Shown piece by piece: positions 43,888-52,938 of a stretch of 64,000 bases of DNA. The DNA comes from Clostridia bacterium (lineage in GTDB: Bacteria; Bacillota; Clostridia; Oscillospirales; CAG-272). The stretch spans positions 5,852 to 69,851 of the forward strand of contig JAGATD010000033.1 in assembly GCA_017621415.1 (NCBI GenBank), given 5' to 3'. The notes under the pieces are model-generated. The model was not told where the DNA came from. It saw only the letters and a program-made list of their open reading frames with translations, and ran no database searches. The number at the start of each line of letters is the position of its first letter. Within the stretch, counting starts at the first letter, position 1. Both the position numbers and the translations under genes were made by a program.

Positions 43888-44412
43888 GTGATGAAGAAAG
43901 AATATCTTTTAGGAGGAAGAATATGCACCTCTCACGGAGTTGCGGGCGGGCTGAAGCTTGAGCATTATTGCGACTCGGAAAAGGTTCTTGCAAAGCAAAA
44001 GCGTATATTTTTTAAAAACAGAGACGGAAGCTTCAGTGAGAAGAGAGTTAAAAATGCTTCTGTTTTTGGAAAATTTGTACTAATGACTATTGAGGGAATT
44101 GATACAAGAGAAGATGCCATAGCTTTGAGAGGAAAAGAGATTTATCTTCACCGTGACGATATTCCGCTGACAGGCGGAGCAATGTTGATTGCCGATATGA
44201 TAGGACTTCGGGTATTTCATGCGGAGAGCGGTGAGCCATTGGGCGAGATATCAGATGTATCCGATGTTGCGGGCAGACGCATTTATACTATAAGGTACGA
44301 GGGTGTTGATGTTATGCTGCCCGATGTTGCCGAATTCATAAAGGAGATATCCGAAGAAGGAATGAGGGTGCTGCCTATTCCCGGATTTTTTGACAAAGCT
44401 GATGAGGTTTGA
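43888..44412 (+). CDS. rimM: 16S rRNA processing protein RimM
   Basis: 174 aa: GRICTSHGVAGGLKL and a C-terminal PRC-barrel-like region. The start is GTG at 43888 or ATG at 43891. Confidence 0.85.
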   Translation: MMKKEYLLGGRICTSHGVAGGLKLEHYCDSEKVLAKQKRIFFKNRDGSFSEKRVKNASVFGKFVLMTIEGIDTREDAIALRGKEIYLHRDDIPLTGGAMLIADMIGLRVFHAESGEPLGEISDVSDVAGRRIYTIRYEGVDVMLPDVAEFIKEISEEGMRVLPIPGFFDKADEV

Positions 44413-45160
44413 TATTTTAACCCTGTTTCCCGATATGGTACGGGGAATTTTGTCCGAGAGTATAATCGGAAGAGCGCAAAACAGTGGCTTGATTCAGGTG
44501 GAATGTCATAATATCCGCGATTTTACGCTTGATAAGCACAGAAAGACAGATGACACTCCTTACGGCGGTGGCGTAGGCATGGTTATGACATGTCAGCCTA
44601 TATATGATTGCTATGAAAATGTGAAAAAGAGCATACCCGCTGAAAACAAAGCGAGAGTAATTTATATGTCGCCTAAGGGTCGTATTTTTAATCACGATGT
44701 AGCAAAGGAGCTTTCGGAATACGATAATCTTGTATTTCTTTGCGGACATTACGAGGGAGTTGACCAGAGGGTTATTGATGAGATAGTTGATGATGAAATA
44801 TCTATCGGAGACTATGTTGTAACGGGCGGCGAGGTTCCTGCTTGCATTGTTGTAGACGCGGTATCCCGCCTTATTGATGGTGTTCTTGCCTCAAGCGAAT
44901 GCTATGAGGGCGAGAGTGTTGCGTCCGGAATTCTGGAATATCCTCAATATACAAAGCCAAGAGAGTGGCGTGGAAGAGAGGTACCCGAGGTTTTGATTTC
45001 GGGCGATCATAAAAAGGTTGACAGATGGAGGCTTGAGGAGGCGGTAAGCATTACCAGAGAGCGCAGACCCGACCTGCTTTTAAAGCACCCGGAGATAGAG
45101 GCGGCTCTTCTCCCTAAGGAGAAAAAGAAAAACAGAGCGGCTCAAAAACCGAATGTTTAG
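44402..45160 (+). CDS. trmD: tRNA (guanine37-N1)-methyltransferase
   Basis: MRFDILTLFPDM, DDTPYGGGVGMVM, LCGHYEGVDQRV. The ATG at 44402 overlaps the end of rimM. Confidence 0.95.
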   Translation: MRFDILTLFPDMVRGILSESIIGRAQNSGLIQVECHNIRDFTLDKHRKTDDTPYGGGVGMVMTCQPIYDCYENVKKSIPAENKARVIYMSPKGRIFNHDVAKELSEYDNLVFLCGHYEGVDQRVIDEIVDDEISIGDYVVTGGEVPACIVVDAVSRLIDGVLASSECYEGESVASGILEYPQYTKPREWRGREVPEVLISGDHKKVDRWRLEEAVSITRERRPDLLLKHPEIEAALLPKEKKKNRAAQKPNV

Positions 45161-45169
45161 GAGAAAAAT

Positions 45170-46990
45170 ATGGCAAGATCGCAATTCTTTGATCTTCTCA
45201 ATGGGTATGAAGCACCTATGGGGGAAGATGGAAAACCGCTGCCTCTTGGAAAGCGCTTTTATTCGCGTTCGCTAAGCGGCTCGGCAACAGGACGCTCAAA
45301 AAGGCGTGCCGCATCTCGTATAGCCGAGGTGTTTGCACTTATATCAAAACTTTTTACATACACAAAGGCTAAGGTGTACGGACTGGCATCCTTGACATTT
45401 GGACTTGCTGTGCTTGCGGTTCATTTTCTTGGGTATTATGTAGGATTGTTTAACAGCATTTCCACTGCTACACTTGTTATCGGTGCGGTATTCTGCATTG
45501 TCGGAATTCCCCTTTTGTTCATCGATAAGCCTTTATCAATAATGCTCCAGGATGCGCCGTTTTTTGACTTTATTTTCTTTGAATTTTTCTGTATCCAAAG
45601 GGTTTACAGAAAAGAGGGCGAGGCATCAATACACCCCGTTGTTGCTTTGTTTGCTGGACTTTTTGGAGCGGTTCTTTCCTGCTTTATCCCTACAGAGTGG
45701 ATAGCCATAGTATTAGGCTCTGTGCTCTTTGTTTGTGTCGCCTTCGGCTCGCCTGAGTTTTCTTATGTGGCCTCTATTCTTTTTCTTCCGTTTTCGGGGG
45801 TGTTGCAAGGCGGATATGACGTTTTCTGCATTATAATCTTGCTTACTGCTGTATCCTTTTTAAGAAAAGTTTATCAGGGAAAGCGTGTTATATACTTTGA
45901 AAAATATGATTTCCTTATTCTCATTATGATATTCTGTATGCTGGTCAGCGGAATTTTTATCAAGGGAATGGAGTCGTTTGCGGCATCTGCGATTTTTGTT
46001 ATCATGTCGCTTGGATATTTTGTGACATCGAACATAATAACCAACCGCCGTCTTGCAGACAGAGCTATGAATGCGGTTGTTGTCTCCTCGGTTCCGGTGT
46101 CAATAATGGCGGTAGTGTCTTTTGTTGCCGGAATTGTTGATAGGGGGGAAGTGGTATTTCCGTGTGAGAAAGCCGTGTTCGGTTCAACGGATATTCTTGC
46201 TACATTTCTCATAGTAGCAATCTGCTTTTCGGCAGCTCACAGTATGCAAACCCATGCGATATACAAAAAGCTTGTATATGCTGTAATCTTTATGCTGGAT
46301 TTAACAGCGCTTTTATTGACAGGAGAAATATTTGCATTAGCGGCACTGATTCTTGGAGGCGCTTCATATTTTGCATTCAAGCTGAAGAGACCGTTCCCTG
46401 TAATTGTGCTAATCTTGCTTTTCCTTCTTCCCCTAGGTTTTTATTTCCTGCCTGAGAAGCTGATATCACCGTTGTTTAAGCTTGTTCCGTCTATTGCGGG
46501 ATACAAAGAAGCCGTAGAGGTTCTTTTTGCATCGTTTAAGCTCATTGGCTCTCATTTGTTCTTCGGTGTAGGAATGGGCTCGGAAAGTGTTGCCACCGAA
46601 ATGTTGACTCAGGGAATAATAGCAGAAAATACGGGCAATCTTTATTTGGAGCTGGTTCTTGAAGCCGGAATATTCTCGCTTATAGCTTTTGTGATACTAA
46701 TGGTTACAAAGATAGGACACAGAATGAGCTACTCGCTATACATAAGGAGCTCGGTGTTAAGAATTTCGTATCCGATTGTTGCTATGGCGAGTCTTGCACT
46801 TCTCTTTTATGGATTTTTCTCGTATATCTGGGCAGATGCATCAATGTTTTATCTTTTCTTCCTTGTATTTGGTATAGAGAGCGCTATGCTAAGGGTGTCA
46901 AGGAGAGATAACGACGAGCGCATACTTTATTATGTAGATGCCAGAAGTGTTGATTCTGCTGCTATTGACGTCGATTTGGAAGAGGAATAA
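45170..46990 (+). CDS. polytopic membrane protein, O-antigen ligase (Wzy_C)-like
   Basis: 606 aa with at least 10 hydrophobic helices and a loop reading HLFFGVGMGSESV, typical of O-antigen-ligase-like proteins. The assignment is by resemblance only. Confidence 0.5.
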   Translation: MARSQFFDLLNGYEAPMGEDGKPLPLGKRFYSRSLSGSATGRSKRRAASRIAEVFALISKLFTYTKAKVYGLASLTFGLAVLAVHFLGYYVGLFNSISTATLVIGAVFCIVGIPLLFIDKPLSIMLQDAPFFDFIFFEFFCIQRVYRKEGEASIHPVVALFAGLFGAVLSCFIPTEWIAIVLGSVLFVCVAFGSPEFSYVASILFLPFSGVLQGGYDVFCIIILLTAVSFLRKVYQGKRVIYFEKYDFLILIMIFCMLVSGIFIKGMESFAASAIFVIMSLGYFVTSNIITNRRLADRAMNAVVVSSVPVSIMAVVSFVAGIVDRGEVVFPCEKAVFGSTDILATFLIVAICFSAAHSMQTHAIYKKLVYAVIFMLDLTALLLTGEIFALAALILGGASYFAFKLKRPFPVIVLILLFLLPLGFYFLPEKLISPLFKLVPSIAGYKEAVEVLFASFKLIGSHLFFGVGMGSESVATEMLTQGIIAENTGNLYLELVLEAGIFSLIAFVILMVTKIGHRMSYSLYIRSSVLRISYPIVAMASLALLFYGFFSYIWADASMFYLFFLVFGIESAMLRVSRRDNDERILYYVDARSVDSAAIDVDLEEE

Positions 46991-47052
46991 AGGGAAAAAA
47001 CCAAAAACAGGAAAAAACTTTTAAATCTTTCGTCTATTTTTGAAAAAAGGTA

Positions 47053-47081
47053 TTGATTTTTAATTCACAATTTGATATACT
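47053..47081 (+). promoter_or_regulatory. sigma-A promoter of ptsH
   Basis: TTGATT-17 nt-TATACT. Confidence 0.5.
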
Positions 47082-47116
47082 TAGGGTAATAATGTACTCT
47101 TTAAGGAGATAATTAA

Positions 47117-47383
47117 ATGATTTCCCGTGGTGTAACCATACTCAACAGCGTCGGTCTTCACGCAAGACCTGCTACCTTTTTTGTCCAGAAAGCTAATAGC
47201 TTTAAGAGCTCTATCTGGGTAGAAAAGGAGGATTGCCGTGTTAATGCAAAGAGCCTTCTCGGTGTTCTTTCTCTCGGTATTTCTCAGGGAACTAACATTA
47301 CCCTTATTGCTGACGGTGCTGATGAAGCGGCTGCAATAGACGGTCTTGTTGATCTCATTGATAAGGAACTTAGCGATAAGTAA
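47117..47383 (+). CDS. ptsH: phosphocarrier protein HPr
   Basis: 88 aa. His15 context GLHARPA and Ser46 context NAKSLLGVLSLG. Confidence 0.9.
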   Translation: MISRGVTILNSVGLHARPATFFVQKANSFKSSIWVEKEDCRVNAKSLLGVLSLGISQGTNITLIADGADEAAAIDGLVDLIDKELSDK

Positions 47384-47497
47384 GAAAGCCGCGGCCTTTT
47401 GCGGCGCTTTCGGGACGGTGCGCTCTATCAGGGTTTTTGCCTTGGTCTTTGGGCCCACCGTCCTTTCCTTTTAAGCATAAAAGAAAGGAGAATCGGT

Positions 47498-49330
47498 ATG
47501 ACTGTAATAGAACGTCTCAGGGACAAGGCAAATTCGCTTCCCCAGGTTCCCGGAGTATATATAATGAAAGACTCTGAGGGCAAAATAATTTATGTTGGAA
47601 AGTCAAAAAGGCTAAAAAACAGAGTAACCAGCTATTTTGTCGGTTCATCCCATAACCTTAAAACCGCAAAAATGGTGTCTAAGGTTTCGGACTTTGACTA
47701 TATAGTATGCAAAACCGAGATAGAAGCCCTTTCTCTTGAAAATACACTTATAAAGAAGCATTATCCAAAGTATAATATAAGGCTCAAGGATGCAAAATCC
47801 TATCCGTACATCAAGGTGACAAACGAGGAGTATCCAAAGCTTATAGTAACCAGAGAGCGAAAGTCCGATAGGGCTAAATATTTTGGACCCTATTCCGGTG
47901 CCTCGGCAGCTTATGCCGCTCTTGATGCTGTTATGCGCATTTTCGGAATCCCCACCTGTAAGCGCTCGTTTCCCAGAGATATCGGCAAAGAAAGGCCGTG
48001 TATATATAAGGATATGGACAGATGTGTAGCTCCGTGCACAGGCAGGATATCTGCCGAGGAATACAAAGAGCTTATCAAGGGAGCTGAAAGGGTTCTTGAC
48101 GGCGGCTCGGGAGAGGTTAAAGCAGATATAGAGCGCAGAATGATGATTGCTGCGGATTCATTGGAGTTTGAACGTGCGGCATATCTCAGAGACCAGCTTA
48201 TTGCTATTGACAAGCTTTCGGAAAAGCAAAAGGTTGTTGCGGATACAAAGGTAAACCGCGACGTTTTTGCCGCTGATTTTTCAAGCTCTGTGGGTGTTCT
48301 TGCTATGCTTTCCATTCGAGGTGGCGCGCTGATAAACAAGAACGAATTTCTCTTGTCAGCTCAGGATCCGCCCGCTCCCGAGGAGCTAATATCTCTTATA
48401 GCCTCTCATTACGACGAGTGGGGAAATGTTCCCCGAGAGATAATGCTGGATTTCGAGGTTGACGAAGAGGGACGTGCTCTCCTTTCGGAATACCTTTCGC
48501 TTGAAACAAAATATAAGGTGTCTGTTAAAATCCCCGAGAGAGGCGACGGACGCGCTCTTTGCGATATGGCGCTTGAGAATGCCAAGGAGTCGGCAAGGCA
48601 GCATATTCTCGAAAGCGAGAGGGAAGATAAAAATATAAAAAGGCTCTCCGAAATTCTCGGTCTTTCCGAGTTTCCTAAGAGAATTGAGGCGTATGATATT
48701 TCCAATATAGGAAACGAGAATATCGTTGCCTCTATGGTTGTCTGGACCGATGGAAAGCTGAAAAAAAGCGATTACCGCCTCTTTAGCATAAAAACCACCG
48801 AGGGAGCCGACGATTACGGTTCAATGCGCGAGGCGCTTACACGAAGGCTTTCACACATAGGTGACGGTACACAGTCCCTAGGAGATGCTCCCGATTTGTT
48901 GCTTGTTGACGGAGGCGATGCTCACGTAGGCGTTGCAAAGGGGGTTCTTGAAGCGCTATCCCTCGAAATTCCCGTCTTTGGAATGGTAAAAGACGACTTC
49001 CACAAAACCCGTGCGCTTACAGACGGCGAAAGAGAGATTTCTATTGCAAAAGAGTTTGATGTGTACGCTTTTATTTACAATTTGCAGGAAGAAGCCCACA
49101 GATTTGCGGTTAAAACCTCTCAAAAGGCAAAGATAAAAACCATGACAACCTCATCTCTTGAAAAAATTGAGGGCATAGGGCCTGCAAAGGCAAGAGCGCT
49201 GCTTTCGGCAATGCCTTTGGGTAAAATAAGACAAGCGAGTGTTGACGAGCTTCTTTCGGTTAAGGGAATAGGCAAGGCTGATGCTGAAAGAATACACGAA
49301 TATTTTAAGAATAAGACAAAAAAGAGGTAG
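47498..49330 (+). CDS. uvrC: excinuclease ABC subunit C
   Basis: ATG at 47498 follows AAAGGAG. It has a GIY-YIG domain (PGVYIMKDSEGKIIYVGKSKRLKNRV), a UVR domain and a C-terminal HhH (IEGIGPAKARAL). The ORF-track start at 47399 is an extension. Confidence 0.95.
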   Translation: MTVIERLRDKANSLPQVPGVYIMKDSEGKIIYVGKSKRLKNRVTSYFVGSSHNLKTAKMVSKVSDFDYIVCKTEIEALSLENTLIKKHYPKYNIRLKDAKSYPYIKVTNEEYPKLIVTRERKSDRAKYFGPYSGASAAYAALDAVMRIFGIPTCKRSFPRDIGKERPCIYKDMDRCVAPCTGRISAEEYKELIKGAERVLDGGSGEVKADIERRMMIAADSLEFERAAYLRDQLIAIDKLSEKQKVVADTKVNRDVFAADFSSSVGVLAMLSIRGGALINKNEFLLSAQDPPAPEELISLIASHYDEWGNVPREIMLDFEVDEEGRALLSEYLSLETKYKVSVKIPERGDGRALCDMALENAKESARQHILESEREDKNIKRLSEILGLSEFPKRIEAYDISNIGNENIVASMVVWTDGKLKKSDYRLFSIKTTEGADDYGSMREALTRRLSHIGDGTQSLGDAPDLLLVDGGDAHVGVAKGVLEALSLEIPVFGMVKDDFHKTRALTDGEREISIAKEFDVYAFIYNLQEEAHRFAVKTSQKAKIKTMTTSSLEKIEGIGPAKARALLSAMPLGKIRQASVDELLSVKGIGKADAERIHEYFKNKTKKR

Positions 49331-49336
49331 CTCAAA

Positions 49337-49912
49337 ATGATGAGAATAATTACAGGTTCAGCAAAGGGAAAAAGGCTTGAAACTCTGGAGGGTGAGGCTA
49401 CAAGACCAACATCCGAGAGAATAAAGGAGGCGATTTTCTCTTCAATCCAGTTTGAGGTTGAAAACAGGCATGTTCTTGACCTATTTGCCGGCTCGGGACA
49501 AATGGGACTTGAGGCTCTCTCACGGGGAGCTGATAGGGCAACCTTTATAGACTCTTCCAGAGAGGCTATGGAGATCGTAAAGAAAAATGCCAAAACCACA
49601 GGCTTTGACGATAAGTGCCACTATCTTGTAAGCGATTGGAGAAACTATATACGAAAAGCATCAGGCAGAGAAAAATATGACCTTGTGTTTATTGACCCTC
49701 CGTATGCTATGGAGTGTTGCGCCGATGCGGTAGCCTACCTTGCCGAGAGAGAGGTTGTTATTCCCGGTGCGCTCGTTGTTTTAGAGTCGGGAACAGAGGA
49801 GCTTTCTGCCGATGATGAAAGACTCGCGGGTTATGAAATAATAAAGTCGACCCATTACGGAAAAAAGACATTTGTAAATATTCTTCTTTATAAAGGCGGG
49901 GCCGAAGAATGA
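49337..49912 (+). CDS. rsmD: 16S rRNA (guanine966-N2)-methyltransferase
   Basis: 191 aa: RPTSERIKEAIFS, DLFAGSGQMGLEALSRGA, FIDPPY. Confidence 0.85.
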   Translation: MMRIITGSAKGKRLETLEGEATRPTSERIKEAIFSSIQFEVENRHVLDLFAGSGQMGLEALSRGADRATFIDSSREAMEIVKKNAKTTGFDDKCHYLVSDWRNYIRKASGREKYDLVFIDPPYAMECCADAVAYLAEREVVIPGALVVLESGTEELSADDERLAGYEIIKSTHYGKKTFVNILLYKGGAEE

Positions 49913-50379
49913 GAGTAATACTTCCCGGCAGCTATGACCCTGTAACTCTCGGTCATCTTGATATAATAAAGCGGGCATCGGAGGAGTTCGACGAAGTTTT
50001 TGTAGTTGCTTTTGTAAATCCGAAAAAGAAATACCGCTTCTCGGTGGAGGACAGAGTCGCAATGCTGATGCTGGCAACCGAGGAATTCGACAATGTACTT
50101 GTCAGCTATTCTGACGGACTTGTTGTTGACTATATGAGAGAGCATGGAATTGAGAAAATAGTAAAAGGTTACCGCACCGAGGCAGACCTGCCATGGGAGA
50201 GAGAGCAGGCGGAATATAACCTGAAGCACGGCGGATATGAAACAGAGCTTTGGAAGTGCCGTGAGGGACTTGAAGGCATAAGTTCTACTCTGGTAAGAGA
50301 TAATCTCACCGCGGGTAAAAGCTGTGACGAAATTTTGCCCCAAAAGGTTATGAAATATATAAGCTCACTAAATGAGTAA
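49909..50379 (+). CDS. coaD: phosphopantetheine adenylyltransferase
   Basis: 156 aa: PGSYDPVTLGHLDII, KGYRTEADLPWE, SSTLVR. Confidence 0.9.
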   Translation: MRVILPGSYDPVTLGHLDIIKRASEEFDEVFVVAFVNPKKKYRFSVEDRVAMLMLATEEFDNVLVSYSDGLVVDYMREHGIEKIVKGYRTEADLPWEREQAEYNLKHGGYETELWKCREGLEGISSTLVRDNLTAGKSCDEILPQKVMKYISSLNE

Positions 50380-50386
50380 AAAAATG

Positions 50387-50430
50387 GCAGAGATGCACTG
50401 TTGTGATATGCACCTCTGCTTTTTGTTTTT
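50387..50430 (+). terminator. intrinsic terminator
   Basis: Hairpin gcagagatgca/tgcacctctgc followed by tttttgttttt. Confidence 0.75.
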
Positions 50431-50569
50431 CTTAGCAATAACGAAGCTATCAGCGGCGACACACGAACGTACTGGAAAGAACCCGCAGAACTCAAAGAGT
50501 TCTTGGCGGGAGCAGAGCCCCTGGTATAGGTAAAAACAAAAAGACACTCTATGTGAGTGCCTTTTTTCA

Positions 50570-50645
50570 TGGAGCGGATTACGGGGCTCGAACCCGCCAC
50601 CTCCACCTTGGCAAGGTGGCGCTCTACCAAATGAGCTAAATCCGC
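50570..50645 (-). tRNA. tRNA-Gly (anticodon GCC), CCA encoded
   Basis: The reverse complement is gcggatttagctcatttggtagagcgccaccTTGCCAAggtgg...ttcgagccccgtaatccgctcca. It folds as a cloverleaf with anticodon loop ttGCCaa. Confidence 0.9.
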
Positions 50646-50698
50646 AGGTATTTAATTTGTTGTCGCTCTGTTCGAGCCGGGAGGAAAGCTGCGCAATT

Positions 50699-50775
50699 TG
50701 GCGACTCGGATGGGGCTCGAACCCACGACCTCTAGCGTGACAGGCTAGCGCTCTAACCAACTGAGCTACCAAGCC
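50699..50775 (-). tRNA. tRNA-Asp (anticodon GTC), CCA encoded
   Basis: The reverse complement is ggcttggtagctcagttggttagagcgctagcCTGTCACgctag...ttcgagccccatccgagtcgcca. Confidence 0.9.
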
Positions 50776-50817
50776 AAAGATTAAATAAAGCATAGAGCCG
50801 TTGCCGACTCTATGCTC

Positions 50818-50893
50818 TGGTGGAAAGTACAGGGCTCGAACCTGTGACCCTCTGCTTGTAAGGCAGATGCTCTCCCAACTGAGCTAACCTTCC
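50818..50893 (-). tRNA. tRNA-Val (anticodon TAC), CCA encoded
   Basis: The reverse complement is ggaaggttagctcagttgggagagcatctgcCTTACAAgcaga...ttcgagccctgtactttccacca. Confidence 0.9.
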
Positions 50894-50909
50894 ATTCGAA
50901 AGCCATATT

Positions 50910-50938
50910 ATTATAACAAAGCTAAGACCGTTTGTCAA
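50910..50938 (-). promoter_or_regulatory. sigma-A promoter of the tRNA Val-Asp-Gly cluster
   Basis: The minus strand reads TTGACA-17 nt-TATAAT (ttgacaaacggtcttagctttgttataat), about 17 nt upstream of tRNA-Val. Confidence 0.65.
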
Positions 50939-50957
50939 GTACTTATTGCAAAAAAAT

Positions 50958-51000
50958 GAAAAATAAAATAATCACCGCAGATTTTTTAGTCTGCGGTGAT
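50958..51000 (-). terminator. intrinsic terminator downstream of the acyl-CoA synthetase gene
   Basis: Hairpin atcaccgcaga/tctgcggtgat followed by a T-rich run on the minus strand. Confidence 0.75.
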
Positions 51001-51022
51001 TTGCTGCAATACAGATAGTTGA

Positions 51023-52735
51023 TTAGTCGATAGTCATATCGATCTTTCTTCTTAAAATCTTTCTTAAGGTATTTTTGGGGAATTCTTCCTCTCTTACTTT
51101 AAGGAGACCTATCTTCTTATAGGGAACAGCGGTTTTGTTATACTCGTTAACAAATTTCTGGAAGTATGCCTTAAGGTCGGTAACACCGTTCTTTGTCAGC
51201 ATATCCTTATCGGGATAAATTTCGGCAACAATAGTGTTAAAGGTTTCTCCCCTTGCGGATTTGCCCTCGTAAACAACAATTTCAAGAAGTCCGGGAGTTG
51301 CGCTGAGAGCATCCTCTATTTCCTCAGGATAAACATTTTTACCGTTAGAGAGAATGATAATGTTCTTAAATCTACCTGTAATATAGAGGATTCTGTCGCC
51401 TTCCTTGGTAATTTCCATTTTACCTGCATCGCCTGTGCGGAAGTAGCCGTCATCGGTAAATGCCTCGGCATTTGCTTCATCATTCTTAAAGTATCCAATC
51501 ATAATGTTGGGTCCCTTAACCTGAATTTCGCCCTCGCCGTTCTCGTCAGCATCGGCAATACGGCAATCTACAATGGGAAGAACGGGTCCAACGCTCTTAG
51601 GTACTATATAGTTGTTATGGTTAACCGCTATGATAGGAGCGCACTCGGTAATTCCGTAGCCGTTGAGGACCTTAACTCCGATAGCATCAAAGAGGTCTGC
51701 CATCTCCTGGTTAAGAGGAGCGCCGCCGGAGATAATCATATTAAGCTCGCCGCCGAAGTTGGAGAGAATTTTCTTTTTGAAGAAGCCGTTAAAGGGCTTA
51801 AGACCAATTTTGTGGCAGGCTCTGTTAATGCTCATAAGCAGCTTAAGGAATCCTGCAACAAACTTACCCTTGTCGTTAATACCCTTAAGTATTCTTCTGT
51901 AGAATGTCTCAACGTAAAGAGGAACGGCAACAAGGTGTCCGGGCTTGTGCTCCTGCAGCTCCTTAAGAATGTACTTAACACCCGATGAAATGTAGATATC
52001 GCATCCAATAGAGTTCTGACCGTAGATAGAAACAGAAGAACCGTATGTGTGGTGGGGAGGAAGCACATTCATGCACTTGGTAGAGAAGTCAATAAAGGGG
52101 ATAACGTCGGCAAGGTCGGACATAAAGTTTCTCTGCGAGAGCATAACACCCTTACCCTGTCCGGTAGTACCGGAGGTAAACACAAGCTCTGCGAGAGCAT
52201 TGGGGTCTATTTTTGCATCGTAATAAGGAGCACTGTCCTCGGCGAATTTCTTAGCGCCTGCTTCTCTCCAGGCAAGAAGGCTGTCATCTCCCTCTCCTGT
52301 AAGGTAGAGAGGAGCGGGAAGTCCAAGAGTCTCTACGATATACTGTCCCTTTTCTGCAATATCGGTATCGCACATAAGGAAATCGCACTCACCGCTCTTT
52401 ACGGTTTCGCACAGATCCTCCTTAGCCCAGTCTCTGTCGAGAGGAACCCATACACCGCCTGTGGACATAACTGCGTAGTAGCTCTGGATTATCTGGTAGG
52501 TATGCTTTCCGATAACTGCAATTTTTTTGCCTGCAAGTCCGCGGGCAATAATCTCAGATGCAAAGGCGCGGATGTGGTCACGCATTTCGTCATAGGTAAC
52601 CTTAATTGCCTCTTTGTCGTGAGGATTCTTTCGGTATCGGTAGGCAACCATACCGGCATACCTGTCACCGATGTCCTCAACCATTTCGCGAATGTTGAGA
52701 TACTCTCTCTTTTCGTGTAAAGCCTTTACTTTCAT
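51023..52735 (-). CDS. AMP-dependent acyl-CoA synthetase (long-chain fatty-acid--CoA ligase-like)
   Basis: AMP-binding motifs FTSGTTGQGKGV, GYGITE and YFRTGDAG. I chose the ATG at 52735 (MKVKALHEK). The ORF-track TTG at 52774 adds 13 aa. Confidence 0.8.
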   Translation of the reverse strand: MKVKALHEKREYLNIREMVEDIGDRYAGMVAYRYRKNPHDKEAIKVTYDEMRDHIRAFASEIIARGLAGKKIAVIGKHTYQIIQSYYAVMSTGGVWVPLDRDWAKEDLCETVKSGECDFLMCDTDIAEKGQYIVETLGLPAPLYLTGEGDDSLLAWREAGAKKFAEDSAPYYDAKIDPNALAELVFTSGTTGQGKGVMLSQRNFMSDLADVIPFIDFSTKCMNVLPPHHTYGSSVSIYGQNSIGCDIYISSGVKYILKELQEHKPGHLVAVPLYVETFYRRILKGINDKGKFVAGFLKLLMSINRACHKIGLKPFNGFFKKKILSNFGGELNMIISGGAPLNQEMADLFDAIGVKVLNGYGITECAPIIAVNHNNYIVPKSVGPVLPIVDCRIADADENGEGEIQVKGPNIMIGYFKNDEANAEAFTDDGYFRTGDAGKMEITKEGDRILYITGRFKNIIILSNGKNVYPEEIEDALSATPGLLEIVVYEGKSARGETFNTIVAEIYPDKDMLTKNGVTDLKAYFQKFVNEYNKTAVPYKKIGLLKVREEEFPKNTLRKILRRKIDMTID

Positions 52736-52860
52736 TTTATGAAAAACCTTTCTTCTTTTAGCGGTCCTTGACAAAATTACTATATGAGCGCAGCCCGCCA
52801 GGATCGGGGGATGTCGGGAAGTGCGCTGATACGTCCTCTTGCCTCAGAGCCGAAATTTTG

Positions 52861-52876
52861 TTTTGGATATCCAAAA
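52861..52876. promoter_or_regulatory. perfect 16-bp palindrome TTTTGGATATCCAAAA (candidate operator)
   Basis: It lies immediately downstream of the -10 of the acyl-CoA synthetase promoter, at or around the predicted transcription start. Confidence 0.4.
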
Positions 52877-52883
52877 CATTGAC

Positions 52884-52912
52884 ATTTTAGCACATTTTGT
52901 CTTTTTTGTCAA
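52884..52912 (-). promoter_or_regulatory. sigma-A promoter (extended -10) of the acyl-CoA synthetase gene
   Basis: The minus strand reads TTGACA-17 nt-TAAAAT with TGc upstream (ttgacaaaaaagacaaaatgtgctaaaat). Confidence 0.6.
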
Positions 52913-52938
52913 CATAAATAGGAGTTACTGTACATCTG

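Noticed and set aside
50169-50793. Minus-strand ORFs of 153 and 141 aa across coaD and the tRNA genes
   Set aside because: They read through three clear tRNA genes and the coaD terminator. The open frames arise by chance from the GC-rich tRNA sequence.
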